NCBI GenBank assembly: GCA_015064385.1
Contig: SVSI01000011.1
Coordinates: 1,883-65,882 of the forward strand
Direction of reading: 5' to 3'
DNA: 64,000 nt
Source: Oscillospiraceae bacterium
GTDB taxonomy: Bacteria > Bacillota > Clostridia > Oscillospirales > CAG-272
The notes beneath the pieces were generated by a model that saw nothing but the letters and a program-made list of their open reading frames with translations, had not been told where the DNA came from and did no database searches. Below are positions 48,643 to 58,369 of the stretch, piece after piece (within the stretch, counting starts at the first letter, position 1; every line of letters begins with the position of its first letter). Position numbers and translations under genes: made by a program.

Positions 48643-50043
48643 ATGAATAACAAATTATGGGCAGGACGTTTTTCAAAAGAACTCAACAAGGTGGCGGACG
48701 ATTTCAATTCGTCCATACCGTTTGACAGCCGTATGTATTCTCAGGATATACGCGGCTCGATAGCGCACGCTACTATGCTCGGTATGCAGGGCATAATCAC
48801 TATCGACGAGGCACACACGATAATAAACGAGCTTGTAAAAATCGAGGAAGATATTACCGAGGGACGTCTCGAGATCGATATGACCGCAGAGGACGTTCAC
48901 ATGTTCGTTGAGAGCGTTCTCACCGAGCGTATCGGAGATACGGGCAAGAAGCTTCATACTGCGCGCAGCCGTAACGATCAGGTTGCACTTGACGTACGCC
49001 TTTATCTCAAGGACGAGACCGATAATATAATAGAGGATATCTGCTCGCTTATCGAAGCACTCACCGATAAGGCAGACGAGTATAAGGACGCTATAATGCC
49101 CGGATATACTCATATGCAGAGAGCACAGCCAATAACCTTCGGACATCATCTTATGGCGTACGTTTCAATGTTTATGCGCGATATCGAACGCATTTCTGAG
49201 GCGTCTGCGCGTATGATGTCGGCATCTCCCCTCGGATCGTGCGCTCTTGCGGGAACGACCTATAATACAGACAGACAGCGTACTGCTGATATTCTCGGTT
49301 TCCAGTACCCCTGCCGCAACTCGCTTGACGGCGTTTCGGACAGAGATTTCGCAATTGAGCTTTGCGCGGCTTATTCTATAGCTATGATGCATATTTCGCG
49401 TCTTTCCGAGGAGATAATCCTCTGGTCGTCGTGGGAGTTCAAGTTTATCGAGCTTGACGACTCCTTCTCGACCGGCTCCTCCATTATGCCGCAGAAGAAA
49501 AATCCCGATATGGCAGAGCTTGCGCGCGGAAAGACGGGCAGAGTTTACGGCGATCTTATGACTCTTCTTACTATTATGAAGGGGACTCCGCTTGCGTATA
49601 ACAAGGATATGCAGGAGGACAAGGAAGCAATTTTTGACGCCGTTGACACCCTTAAGGCGTGCCTTGGCGTCTTTGCCCCTATGATAAAGACGATGCGTCC
49701 CATACGCGAAAATATGTACGCTGCGGCGCAGAAGGGCTTTATAAATGCAACCGACGTTGCCGACTATCTCGTAGGTAAGGGACTTCCGTTCAGAAGCGCT
49801 TACAAAATAACCGGTCAGCTCGTCGGAAAATGCGTTGCCGAGGGCAAAGTACTCGATAATCTTTCACTTGACGAGTACCGCGAATTCTCCGAGCTTTTTG
49901 ATGAGGACCTTTACGGATTTATCTCGCTTGAGAGCTGCGTGAGCAGACGTACCTCGTACGGCGGCACGTCGCCCGAATCGGTGGCATCTCAGATAGAGTA
50001 TGCAAGAGAATTTCTCGATGCTTTTAAGATCGACGAAGAATAA
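48643..50043 (+). CDS. argH: Argininosuccinate lyase
   Basis: LWAGRF, HTARSRNDQ, GYTHMQRAQP, GSSIMPQKKNPD and YNKDMQEDK motifs. Confidence 0.96.
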   Translation: MNNKLWAGRFSKELNKVADDFNSSIPFDSRMYSQDIRGSIAHATMLGMQGIITIDEAHTIINELVKIEEDITEGRLEIDMTAEDVHMFVESVLTERIGDTGKKLHTARSRNDQVALDVRLYLKDETDNIIEDICSLIEALTDKADEYKDAIMPGYTHMQRAQPITFGHHLMAYVSMFMRDIERISEASARMMSASPLGSCALAGTTYNTDRQRTADILGFQYPCRNSLDGVSDRDFAIELCAAYSIAMMHISRLSEEIILWSSWEFKFIELDDSFSTGSSIMPQKKNPDMAELARGKTGRVYGDLMTLLTIMKGTPLAYNKDMQEDKEAIFDAVDTLKACLGVFAPMIKTMRPIRENMYAAAQKGFINATDVADYLVGKGLPFRSAYKITGQLVGKCVAEGKVLDNLSLDEYREFSELFDEDLYGFISLESCVSRRTSYGGTSPESVASQIEYAREFLDAFKIDEE

Positions 50044-50044
50044 A

Positions 50045-50080
50045 ATAAAAAATCCATCACAAGCGTGATGGATTTTTATT
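50045..50080. terminator. Bidirectional intrinsic terminator
   Basis: AAAAATCCATCAC-aagc-GTGATGGATTTTT. Confidence 0.85.
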
Positions 50081-50087
50081 TTAATTT

Positions 50088-51341
50088 TCACAGCGCCGCT
50101 CCGTTTTTGATAAGAGTGTCGCGAAGGAGCTTTGTGTCAAGCGTGTGTGCGCACTCTCCCGTCTTGTACGCAAGAGCCGCCGCAGTTCCCGCCGCCTGAC
50201 CGAGAGTTGCACAGATCGGCATAATTCTGACCGACGCCTGCGCCTCGTGGGTTGCCGAGATACATCTTCCGGCAACGAGTAGGTTGTCGTATTCCTTCGG
50301 GAGAAGCGAGCGATAGGGAATAGAATATCTCTCCTCGCCCTTAAAATAATAATGTGAGGTTCCCGAACCCGCGGGATTATGAATATCTATATCGTAATTT
50401 CCGAGAGCTATCGCATCGTCGAAATAGGTAAGATTTTTAAGGTCCTCGACGGTCAGAACGTAAATTCCTTTGAGCTTACGGCTCTCTCTTACACCGATCT
50501 CACTTGCTATCGAGATAAGCGTGCTGTTTTCAAACGCTTTTGAGTGCTTTTTTAGGAAAAGCTCCATCTCATATACCTGACGGCGCGCCGCGATCTCTGC
50601 ACGGCTCTTATCAAAGGGATCTGTAGGATCAAGCTTTACGATTCTCGTGGTGTTGAAGTGAACTATTCCTTCGCCTATGCCGTAGAATACGAGAATATCC
50701 TCGCGAGGATTTTTGATCTCGCCGCTTTTCTGAAGCTCCTTGTATTTTTCGTTTATCGTTGCGCTGTCCTTTTTGAACTGTGCAACGTCAACTCCGCTCA
50801 TTCTGAAGCAGGTCGTCATCGGCTGACAGAGTCCGTCGCTTTCACGCCCGAGCTGATAATCACAGCCCGCAAGGTAAAACAGATTTCCGTCTCCCGTTGT
50901 GTCGATAAAGAAGTCGGCTTCGAGAGTTAAAATACCTGCATCGGTAGTAACGCTTACGCTCTTTATCTTGTTTTTCTCGCAGTTTACGGCACAAAGACAA
51001 GCGTGGAAAAGAAGGTCAACGCATGCCTCGCTTACCATATCGTCAAGCAGGAGCTTGAAGTATTCGGGCTTAAATCTCATAAGCGAAAACTCGCTCGTGT
51101 ATTTCTTTTCACGCTCACGCATTTCCGCAAATATTCCGCTGCTCAAATGGTTTCCAACCTTGTTATCCTCACCGAGCGTCCAGTAACGCATAAAGGGATA
51201 TACGAGGTTGTTTGATATTGCGCCTCCGAGAGTTCCGCTCTTTTCGATAAGTAAAACCGAGAGTCCCTCTCGAGAAGCACTGACAGCCGCCGCGACACCC
51301 GCGAGTCCGCCTCCTGCAACTATAAGATCGTATTTCTTCAT
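50088..51341 (-). CDS. FAD-dependent oxidoreductase (FAD_oxidored family)
   Basis: GGGLAG, IDTTGDG, GVRESR, IPYRSLLP, NLLVAGRCIS and GQAAG motifs. Confidence 0.88.
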   Translation of the reverse strand: MKKYDLIVAGGGLAGVAAAVSASREGLSVLLIEKSGTLGGAISNNLVYPFMRYWTLGEDNKVGNHLSSGIFAEMREREKKYTSEFSLMRFKPEYFKLLLDDMVSEACVDLLFHACLCAVNCEKNKIKSVSVTTDAGILTLEADFFIDTTGDGNLFYLAGCDYQLGRESDGLCQPMTTCFRMSGVDVAQFKKDSATINEKYKELQKSGEIKNPREDILVFYGIGEGIVHFNTTRIVKLDPTDPFDKSRAEIAARRQVYEMELFLKKHSKAFENSTLISIASEIGVRESRKLKGIYVLTVEDLKNLTYFDDAIALGNYDIDIHNPAGSGTSHYYFKGEERYSIPYRSLLPKEYDNLLVAGRCISATHEAQASVRIMPICATLGQAAGTAAALAYKTGECAHTLDTKLLRDTLIKNGAAL

Positions 51342-51486
51342 AATAGAGTCTCCTTTTTAGATCGCTATATGAAAATAATATCACACAATTATCGAAAAAA
51401 CTTATATTTTCAGAAATTTATATTGAATAAACGAAACTTTTATGCTATAATTTGTTTGAAATTGTACAATTAGTAGAGGAAAAGAT

Positions 51487-52308
51487 ATGAATTACAGCTC
51501 TCTGAACGATCTTATTGATTATCTTGAATATGGCACGAAGCTACATATCGGAGTTTTGTTTTTCGGTTCTTTTGGTAACGAAAAACTCGTTTTGCCACAC
51601 GAAAGACAGATACATAAAAGTCCCCTTTGCGGAGTTATGAAGGAAACTCCAAATGGATTCAAGCGCTGTTATTATTGCAGAAATTATGCTGTAAAAAAGG
51701 CACTTACGGACAAAAAGGCGTTCGGCGGACTTTGTATAAACGGAGTGTATGAATACATTCGGCCCGTGCTAATAGACGACAAGGTGGTCAGCGTAATTTT
51801 TATAGGAAATATACTTCCGCAGGAAAATAAACTTGAAAAATTGAAATGGAAGCTGCGCGAAAATCATGATCTGATCAGATCTCTGGAGAGCGGTTTTTCC
51901 CCCGAGCGTTGCGAAAGGATCGGTGAGCTTATCGAGAGCTATATAAGAATGATCCTTGAGCTTTGCCCGAACGAAACGAAAAATGAAGATTTCGATCCTC
52001 TTATCGAAAATCTTAAAAGCTACATTGAAGCAAACCTTGAATACGAAATAGATCTCTCAATGCTTGCAAATATATTTCATTATAACGAAAAATATCTCGG
52101 ACGACTCTTTAAGAATAAGACCGGATTTTCTTTCAGCGAATGGGTAAATCTGAGAAGAACAGAAAGAGCCGGGGAAATGCTTCTTTACGGAAAAGAGAGT
52201 GTTATAAGTATATCGGAAAAGGTCGGCTTTAATAACGTAACCTATTTCAACAGAGTTTTCAAAAAGTATTACGGTGTTACTCCGAGCGAGTATAGAAAAA
52301 AAGGATAA
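51487..52308 (+). CDS. AraC family regulator with PocR-like sensor domain
   Basis: Cys-containing N-domain (H.SPLC, RC..C, LCING); C-terminal VGFNNVTYFNRVFKK..GVTPSEYR. Confidence 0.85.
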   Translation: MNYSSLNDLIDYLEYGTKLHIGVLFFGSFGNEKLVLPHERQIHKSPLCGVMKETPNGFKRCYYCRNYAVKKALTDKKAFGGLCINGVYEYIRPVLIDDKVVSVIFIGNILPQENKLEKLKWKLRENHDLIRSLESGFSPERCERIGELIESYIRMILELCPNETKNEDFDPLIENLKSYIEANLEYEIDLSMLANIFHYNEKYLGRLFKNKTGFSFSEWVNLRRTERAGEMLLYGKESVISISEKVGFNNVTYFNRVFKKYYGVTPSEYRKKG

Positions 52309-52343
52309 AAATATCCCACAGACAGGTCTGTGGGATATTTTTT
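52307..52343. terminator. Bidirectional intrinsic terminator
   Basis: AAAAATATCCCACAGAC-ag-GTCTGTGGGATATTTTT. Confidence 0.85.
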
Positions 52344-53176
52344 TAGTTATTTACTGAATTTATAAGATACGAAAGCTCTGTTTCAAACTTTGCTCCGTAC
52401 CAATGGTTATCTTCCTTTGCGGTGGCTTTTATACATCTTAAGGTGTAGTCTGCGGCAATCTTTGCGCTCTCAAAAGCACTCTTTTGGCGAGTAAGCGCAC
52501 CAACGAATGCGGAAGCGTAGATGTCTCCCGTTCCGTGACAGCTGTTGGGGAGAAAGTCGTGCTCGTAGTACGAGTAGCTTCCGTTTTCAAATATAACTAT
52601 ACCTGTCTTACCTGACTCGTAGCTGACGCCTGTGAGAATGACGTTTTTAACGCCGAGTCCGGTCAGCTTTGTAAGGAGAGAGTCGATATACTCCCTGTCG
52701 TATTCGGTCTTGTACTCAACGCCGGTGAGGAAGCACGCTTCGGTAATGTTGGGTATGATATAGTCTGCACTTGTGCAGAGCTTTACCATCTCTTTTACAA
52801 ATTCGCCGTCAAATCCGGGATAGAGCTTTCCGCCGTCTGCCATTGCGGGATCAACTATGCGTACGCAGTTATCCTTTGCACACGAGGCGAAGATGTCTTT
52901 AACGTATCCGATCTGTCTCGTACTTCCGAGATAGCCGGTATATATCGTATCAAACTTGATATTTTCCTTTTCCCAATGCGAACGGATATCGGGCATATCG
53001 TCGGTCAGATCGCGGAAAGTATATCCCGAAAATCCTGCGGTATGCGTAGATAAAACTGCGGACGGCAACACACACGTCTCGACACCGCAAGCCGAGATTA
53101 TGGGCAGTGCGACGGTGAGAGAGCACTGACCGACACACGAAATATCCTGAATAGTTAAAACTTTTTTGTACGACAT
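52343..53176 (-). CDS. pdxK: Pyridoxal/pyridoxamine kinase
   Basis: QDISCVG, LSTHT, TGYLGS, VDPAMAD.GKLY, PNITEA and GTGD motifs. Confidence 0.88.
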   Translation of the reverse strand: MSYKKVLTIQDISCVGQCSLTVALPIISACGVETCVLPSAVLSTHTAGFSGYTFRDLTDDMPDIRSHWEKENIKFDTIYTGYLGSTRQIGYVKDIFASCAKDNCVRIVDPAMADGGKLYPGFDGEFVKEMVKLCTSADYIIPNITEACFLTGVEYKTEYDREYIDSLLTKLTGLGVKNVILTGVSYESGKTGIVIFENGSYSYYEHDFLPNSCHGTGDIYASAFVGALTRQKSAFESAKIAADYTLRCIKATAKEDNHWYGAKFETELSYLINSVNN

Positions 53177-53268
53177 TTATTTTACCTCTTTACAAATCGT
53201 TATAAATGTATTATAATCATTTTTGATAATATGTAAATTACCAAAATAGGAGAATTTTATATAACCAG

Positions 53269-54330
53269 ATGGCAAGAGATAAAAAATACTACACACTATA
53301 CAAGACCTTGAAAGGGAAGATACTTTCGGGCGAATATAAGCCGGACCAAAAGCTACCCTCAAAAAGAACGATGGCTGATATGACTAGCAATAGCGTGATA
53401 ACCGTACAAGGAGCTTACGATCTGCTATCTGACGAGGGATATATCTATTCAAAGGAGCGAAGCGGATATTACGTCGCAGAGTTTGATCCTCTTTATATAA
53501 AGGAAGCGGATAACGTGCGCGCTCTCCCTTTGCTTAACGAGGAAAACGATCTTCCGAGCGGTGATTTTGAATACTCGGTATGGTTCAAAACACTTCGCAA
53601 GGTTATATCCGATAAGGGAGAAAAGCTGTTCGTGAAATCGCCTGCAAAGGGCTGCGCCGTGCTTCGTAACGCTATATCCGAATATCTTTACAGATATCGC
53701 GGAATGTACGCAGAGCCCGAGCGTATCATTATCGGATCGGGGGCTGAGCAGCTCTACGACACGGTGGTTCGCCTGTTTGGACGCGATAAGATATACGCGA
53801 TAGAAGACCCCTCGTACGCACAGATCGAAACTGTATATGAAGGAATGGGCGTCACCGTTGAAAAGCTGAAGATGGGTAGTGACGGAATAGAAAGCGACGC
53901 TCTTATCAGCTCGCGCGCAAACGTTTTGCACGTTACTCCTTTTCACAGCTATCCGTCGGGAGTTACGGCAAGCGCCAAGAAAAGACACGAATATCTCGCA
54001 TTTGCCAATAAAAACGGCGGATATATCGTTGAGGACGATTTTGACAGCGAGTTTTTCGTTCCGGGTAACCCAATAGAGTCCCTTTACTCACTCGATAGCG
54101 GAAACAGGGTACTGTATATGAATACTTTTTCAAAAAGCTTGTCTCCCTCAATGCGAATGGGATATATGGTTCTGCCGCGTGATCTCCTTGGAAAATATGA
54201 CGAAAAGATGAGTATGTATTCCTGCACGGTGCCGGTTATAGATCAATACGTGCTTGCCGAGTTCATAAAAAGCGGTAATTTTGAGCGTCATCTGAACCGT
54301 ATGAGAAGAAAAATGAAAGAAATTAAATAA
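53269..54330 (+). CDS. MocR/PdxR-type GntR regulator (HTH + PLP aminotransferase-like domain, short)
   Basis: KLPSKR..A, EGYIYSKERSGY, EDDFDSEF and TFSKSLSP.MRMGY motifs; divergent from pdxK. Confidence 0.85.
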   Translation: MARDKKYYTLYKTLKGKILSGEYKPDQKLPSKRTMADMTSNSVITVQGAYDLLSDEGYIYSKERSGYYVAEFDPLYIKEADNVRALPLLNEENDLPSGDFEYSVWFKTLRKVISDKGEKLFVKSPAKGCAVLRNAISEYLYRYRGMYAEPERIIIGSGAEQLYDTVVRLFGRDKIYAIEDPSYAQIETVYEGMGVTVEKLKMGSDGIESDALISSRANVLHVTPFHSYPSGVTASAKKRHEYLAFANKNGGYIVEDDFDSEFFVPGNPIESLYSLDSGNRVLYMNTFSKSLSPSMRMGYMVLPRDLLGKYDEKMSMYSCTVPVIDQYVLAEFIKSGNFERHLNRMRRKMKEIK

Positions 54331-54345
54331 ATTTTCAAAAAACTC

Positions 54346-54374
54346 TTGACAAATGAAAAGTTTTTTTGTATAAT
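54346..54374 (+). promoter_or_regulatory. sigmaA promoter of feoA
   Basis: TTGACA-17-TATAAT. Confidence 0.85.
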
Positions 54375-54378
54375 TGTG

Positions 54379-54402
54379 TTCGGTTAGCGGGCGCTAACTG
54401 AA
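54379..54402. promoter_or_regulatory. Palindromic operator 1 (DtxR/MntR-like GTTAGC-N4-GCTAAC)
   Basis: TTCGGTTAGC-gggc-GCTAACTGAA at the predicted +1 of feoA. Confidence 0.65.
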
Positions 54403-54421
54403 AATGCTTACGGAGGGACCT

Positions 54422-54643
54422 ATGACACTGCGAGACGCACAAGAGGGAAGAGAATATATCATTCAGAGCATCGTTACAGACGACGAAGAGCTCGATGCTT
54501 TCCTTTTTTCACTTGGCTGCTATGAGGGCGAGCCGATAACCGTCGTGTCCCATCTTAAGGGCAGTCTCGTAGTCTCCATTAAGGACGGTAGATATAGCAT
54601 CGACAAAGAACTCGGTGAAGCCATCCTTGTTAAAGAAAAATAA
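54422..54643 (+). CDS. feoA: Ferrous iron transport protein A
   Basis: FLFSLGCYEGEPITV motif; GGAGG SD; upstream of feoB. Confidence 0.9.
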   Translation: MTLRDAQEGREYIIQSIVTDDEELDAFLFSLGCYEGEPITVVSHLKGSLVVSIKDGRYSIDKELGEAILVKEK

Positions 54644-54666
54644 TCTAACGGTTATTTTTTTGACCG

Positions 54667-54688
54667 TCGGTTAGCAACTGCTAACCGA
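54667..54688. promoter_or_regulatory. Palindromic operator 2 (GTTAGC-N4-GCTAAC)
   Basis: TCGGTTAGC-aact-GCTAACCGA between feoA and feoB. Confidence 0.65.
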
Positions 54689-54746
54689 AGCGCTTTACAG
54701 TATCTGTAACTAAACGAAATTTTTTATCTTCCAGGAGGAAAAACAA

Positions 54747-56795
54747 ATGAGAATTGCACTTGCGGGTAATCCCAATAGCGGCAAGACCACGATGTACAAC
54801 GCTCTGACCGGCAGCAGCGAAAAGGTCGGAAACTGGGCGGGAGTTACCGTGGAAAAGAAAGAACACGCAATCAAGAAAAGCTTTTGCGGCGACCTTGACG
54901 GTCTTATCGCGGTAGATCTTCCGGGTGCGTACTCAATGTCTCCGTTTACGTCAGAGGAGAGTATTACGAGCGCATACGTAAAGACTGAAAATCCCGATGC
55001 TATTATCAACATCGTGGACTCGACCAACCTCAGCAGAAGTCTTTTCTTTACGACACAGCTCCTTGAGCTCGGAATTCCGGTTGTTATCGCTCTTAATAAG
55101 ACTGATATCAATAAGAAAAAGGAAACGAAGATAAACGTTGCCTCTCTCTCCGAAAAGCTCGGATGCCCCGTAATAGAGACGGTTTCGACATCGGCTGAAG
55201 GACTTTCCGAGCTCGTTAACGCCGCAGTTTCGGTTATAGGCAAGAGTCAGAAGGCGCCTTACGTTCAGGATGATATTGATCTTTCCGACAAGAAGGCGGT
55301 AGTTGATGCAGATAAAAAACGTTTTGATTTCGTAAATAAGATCGTAAAAGACGTTGAGAAGAGAAAGGTCTTTACAAAGGACAAGAACTCGCAGGATAAG
55401 ATAGACGCTATCCTTACAAATAAATGGCTCGGTATTCCGATCTTTGCACTGGTTATGTTCCTTGTTTTCCAGATCTCGCAGGCATGGCTCGGAGTCTGGG
55501 TCGCGGAGGGCTACGTATTTAACGAAGGCGCCGATAACGAGCTTGTTATTCCGGGACTCGTTACCTTTATCGAGATGTTTGGAGAATGGGTTGCGGGACT
55601 TATGGAAAACGCAAACCCGCTGATCACCTCTATCCTTGTTGACGGTATTATCGGCGGTGTCGGTGCGGTAGTCGGATTCTTACCTCTCGTAATGGTCATG
55701 TACTTCCTTATCGCACTCCTCGAGGACTGCGGCTATATGGCACGCGCTACCGTCGTTCTCGATCCGATATTCAAAAAGGTCGGTCTTTCGGGTAAATCGG
55801 TAATTCCGTTTATTATCGGTACGGGCTGTGCTATCCCCGGCGTTATGGCTTGCCGTACTATCCGTAACGAGCGCGAGAGAAGAGCTACCGCAATGCTTGC
55901 ACCCTTTATGCCGTGCGGAGCAAAGCTTCCCGTTATTGCGCTTTTCGCAGGAGCATTCTTCGGAGACGCTTCGTGGGTAGGAACTCTTATGTATTTTGCG
56001 GGAATAGTTATCATATTCCTTTGCGCGCTCCTTATAAATAAGCTCACGGGACATAAGAACAGAAAATCCTTCTTTATAATAGAGCTTCCCGAATATAAAG
56101 CTCCTTCCTTTAAGAGAGCGGCAATATCTATGTGCCAGCGCGGATGGGCTTACATAGTCAAGGCGGGAACGATCATTCTGGTATGTAACTTTGCGGTTCA
56201 GCTTATGCAGTCCTTTACATGGAGCTTCGTACCTGCTGAAAACGCAGCGGATTCGATCCTTGCTACGATCTCCACGCCCTTTGCATACGTATTTGCTCCT
56301 ATCGTCGGTGTCGTTGCCTGGCAGCTTGCTGCGGCAGCTATTACCGGATTTATCGCAAAAGAGAACGTTGTCGGAACACTTGCAGTTTGCTTTGTAGGAC
56401 TTGAAAACCTCATAGATACCGAGGAATTTGCACTTATGGAGGGTGCGGCGGGCGCAGAGGTTGCGGGAATTATGGCAATTACCAAGGTTGCCGCACTCGC
56501 TTACCTTATGTTCAATCTTTTCACGCCTCCGTGCTTTGCAGCTATCGGTGCTATGAATTCGGAGATCAAGAGCAGAAAATGGCTCTGGGCGGGTATCGGA
56601 CTCCAGTTCGGTGTAGGATATTCGGTCGGATTCCTCGTTTATTTCTTCGGAACGCTCTTTACCTCTGCAAGCTTCGGAAGCATCTGGATGCCTATCGTCG
56701 GCTGGGCGATAGTGGGTGCGTTTGCACTTGTTCTCTCTGTACTTATCATCAAGAAGAATAATGAAATCAAGAACGAATATGCCCTTAAGGCATAA
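54747..56795 (+). CDS. feoB: Ferrous iron transport protein B
   Basis: GNPNSGKT, GVTVE, DLPG.YS, NKTD, EDCGYMAR, PFMPCGAKLP and AKENVV motifs. Confidence 0.95.
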   Translation: MRIALAGNPNSGKTTMYNALTGSSEKVGNWAGVTVEKKEHAIKKSFCGDLDGLIAVDLPGAYSMSPFTSEESITSAYVKTENPDAIINIVDSTNLSRSLFFTTQLLELGIPVVIALNKTDINKKKETKINVASLSEKLGCPVIETVSTSAEGLSELVNAAVSVIGKSQKAPYVQDDIDLSDKKAVVDADKKRFDFVNKIVKDVEKRKVFTKDKNSQDKIDAILTNKWLGIPIFALVMFLVFQISQAWLGVWVAEGYVFNEGADNELVIPGLVTFIEMFGEWVAGLMENANPLITSILVDGIIGGVGAVVGFLPLVMVMYFLIALLEDCGYMARATVVLDPIFKKVGLSGKSVIPFIIGTGCAIPGVMACRTIRNERERRATAMLAPFMPCGAKLPVIALFAGAFFGDASWVGTLMYFAGIVIIFLCALLINKLTGHKNRKSFFIIELPEYKAPSFKRAAISMCQRGWAYIVKAGTIILVCNFAVQLMQSFTWSFVPAENAADSILATISTPFAYVFAPIVGVVAWQLAAAAITGFIAKENVVGTLAVCFVGLENLIDTEEFALMEGAAGAEVAGIMAITKVAALAYLMFNLFTPPCFAAIGAMNSEIKSRKWLWAGIGLQFGVGYSVGFLVYFFGTLFTSASFGSIWMPIVGWAIVGAFALVLSVLIIKKNNEIKNEYALKA

Positions 56796-56808
56796 AATTG
56801 GAGAAAAA

Positions 56809-57009
56809 ATGGACAATATTATCGCAATTATTATAATACTTCTGATAGTTGGAGGCGCCGGCGCGTACATTATCAAGGCAAAGAAAAGCGGAAAGAAATG
56901 TATCGGCTGTCCTGACTCGTGCTCGTGCAGTGCCGGTAAAGAAGGCGATAAAAAGTCATCTTGCGGCGGAAACTGCGGTGCTTGCGGCGGATGCTCGAGC
57001 GATAAGTAA
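56809..57009 (+). CDS. FeoB-associated Cys-rich small membrane protein
   Basis: MDNIIAIIIILLIVGGA TM, KK..CIGCP and Cys-rich tail; GGAG SD. Confidence 0.85.
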   Translation: MDNIIAIIIILLIVGGAGAYIIKAKKSGKKCIGCPDSCSCSAGKEGDKKSSCGGNCGACGGCSSDK

Positions 57010-57190
57010 AAATCAGATCCTAACGTACAAATACCTTTTACCTTAAAAAGCAAGACGCACCGAATAAGCCACGGTGCGTTTTGTTTTTTTGTATTTTGTA
57101 TTGAAAAGATACGTGATATATGCTATAATTATGTAGAAAGATCTCAGAAAGGGAAGAGTCGGTGTCTTTTACCGCTCTCGGTTTTATGAT

Positions 57191-58129
57191 ATGGCAAAAA
57201 TTATCGTGGTTGGAAGTCTCAACGTTGATATTACCGCGTACGCAAGTCGTTTTGCGCGCGACGGAGAGACTGTTAAGGGAGACGATATAAAGTTCGGTCC
57301 GGGAGGAAAGGGCGGAAATCAGGCAAGCGCTGCGGCAAGAGCAGGCGGAGAGGTCTGTATGATCTCGCGTATCGGCAGAGATGTTCTTTCGGGCGTTATT
57401 ACTGATCATTATAATAAGGAGGGAATCTCCGATAAATATCTTTCGCGCAGCGACAGTTTGCCTACGGGAAGTGCGGTTATTGAGGTGAGCGCCGAGAACG
57501 GTCAGAATAAGATAGTCGTTATTGCGGGCGCAAACTCCGAGCTTTCCGCGGAGCACGTCAGGGAAGCGCAGGAAGAGTTTAAGGATTGCGACGTTTTCCT
57601 CACGCAGCTCGAAACGGGACTTGATCCGATATACGAAGGTATAAATCTTGCCAAAAAATACCAAAAAACGGTAATTCTCAATCCTGCGCCGCTCCAGAAA
57701 TTACCAAATGATATACTTATGAACGTAGATTATTTCACGCCGAACGAGACTGAAGCTGAGTTTTATTCGGGTGTCAAGATCGAAAACGAAGAGGATGCCT
57801 CAAGGGCGGCAAAAGAGATAATCAAGCTTGGCGTTAAGAACGTAGTTATAACGCTTGGTAAAAGGGGAGTATATTTCTCAAACGGAAAAGAAAGCTTTTC
57901 GGTTGCAACCAAGCTGCTTAAGGCGGTGGATACCACGGGTGCAGGCGACGCCTTTAACGGCGGACTTGCAGTAGCGCTCGGTGAAGGAATGGATATAAAG
58001 GACGCCCTCAAATTTGCCAACTGCGCCGGATCGCTGTCAGTGACGAGATACGGTGCGGCAACCTCGGGCGCGTACAGATCTGAAATAAAGGAAATGATGA
58101 AGGATTTTTACGGAGTAGAGATAAACTGA
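57191..58129 (+). CDS. rbsK: Ribokinase
   Basis: GS.NVD, GGKGGNQA, NPAP, PNETE and DTTGAGDAFNG motifs. Confidence 0.9.
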   Translation: MAKIIVVGSLNVDITAYASRFARDGETVKGDDIKFGPGGKGGNQASAAARAGGEVCMISRIGRDVLSGVITDHYNKEGISDKYLSRSDSLPTGSAVIEVSAENGQNKIVVIAGANSELSAEHVREAQEEFKDCDVFLTQLETGLDPIYEGINLAKKYQKTVILNPAPLQKLPNDILMNVDYFTPNETEAEFYSGVKIENEEDASRAAKEIIKLGVKNVVITLGKRGVYFSNGKESFSVATKLLKAVDTTGAGDAFNGGLAVALGEGMDIKDALKFANCAGSLSVTRYGAATSGAYRSEIKEMMKDFYGVEIN

Positions 58130-58142
58130 AAATAAAATATTT

Positions 58143-58179
58143 AACCGCAGACAGATTTGTGTCTGCGGTTTGTTTTTTT
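58143..58179 (+). terminator. Terminator after rbsK
   Basis: AACCGCAGACA...TGTCTGCGGTTTGTTTTTT. Confidence 0.8.
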
Positions 58180-58228
58180 AATAAAAGTGGAATTTTGTTA
58201 TATCGGAAATCGTGCACGGAAAAAGTAC

Positions 58229-58244
58229 ACACAATATATTGTGT
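58229..58244. promoter_or_regulatory. NrdR box
   Basis: ACACAATATATTGTGT, a perfect palindrome matching acaCwAtATaTwGtgt. Confidence 0.65.
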
Positions 58245-58273
58245 TCGTGGCGAAACTAAAGTGAAATAAACGC

Positions 58274-58369
58274 TGTGGAAAACTCCTGTGGATAAAATAA
58301 CGGTCAAAATAGTTTTCCACAGGCGAAATCCACAGGGGAGAAGCATAAGGGATGCATGCCTGTGGATTT
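58274..58369. promoter_or_regulatory. DnaA-box cluster (5 boxes)
   Basis: TGTGGAAAA 58274, TGTGGATAA 58287 (perfect), TTTTCCACA 58313, AAATCCACA 58326, TGTGGATTT 58361. Confidence 0.75.
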
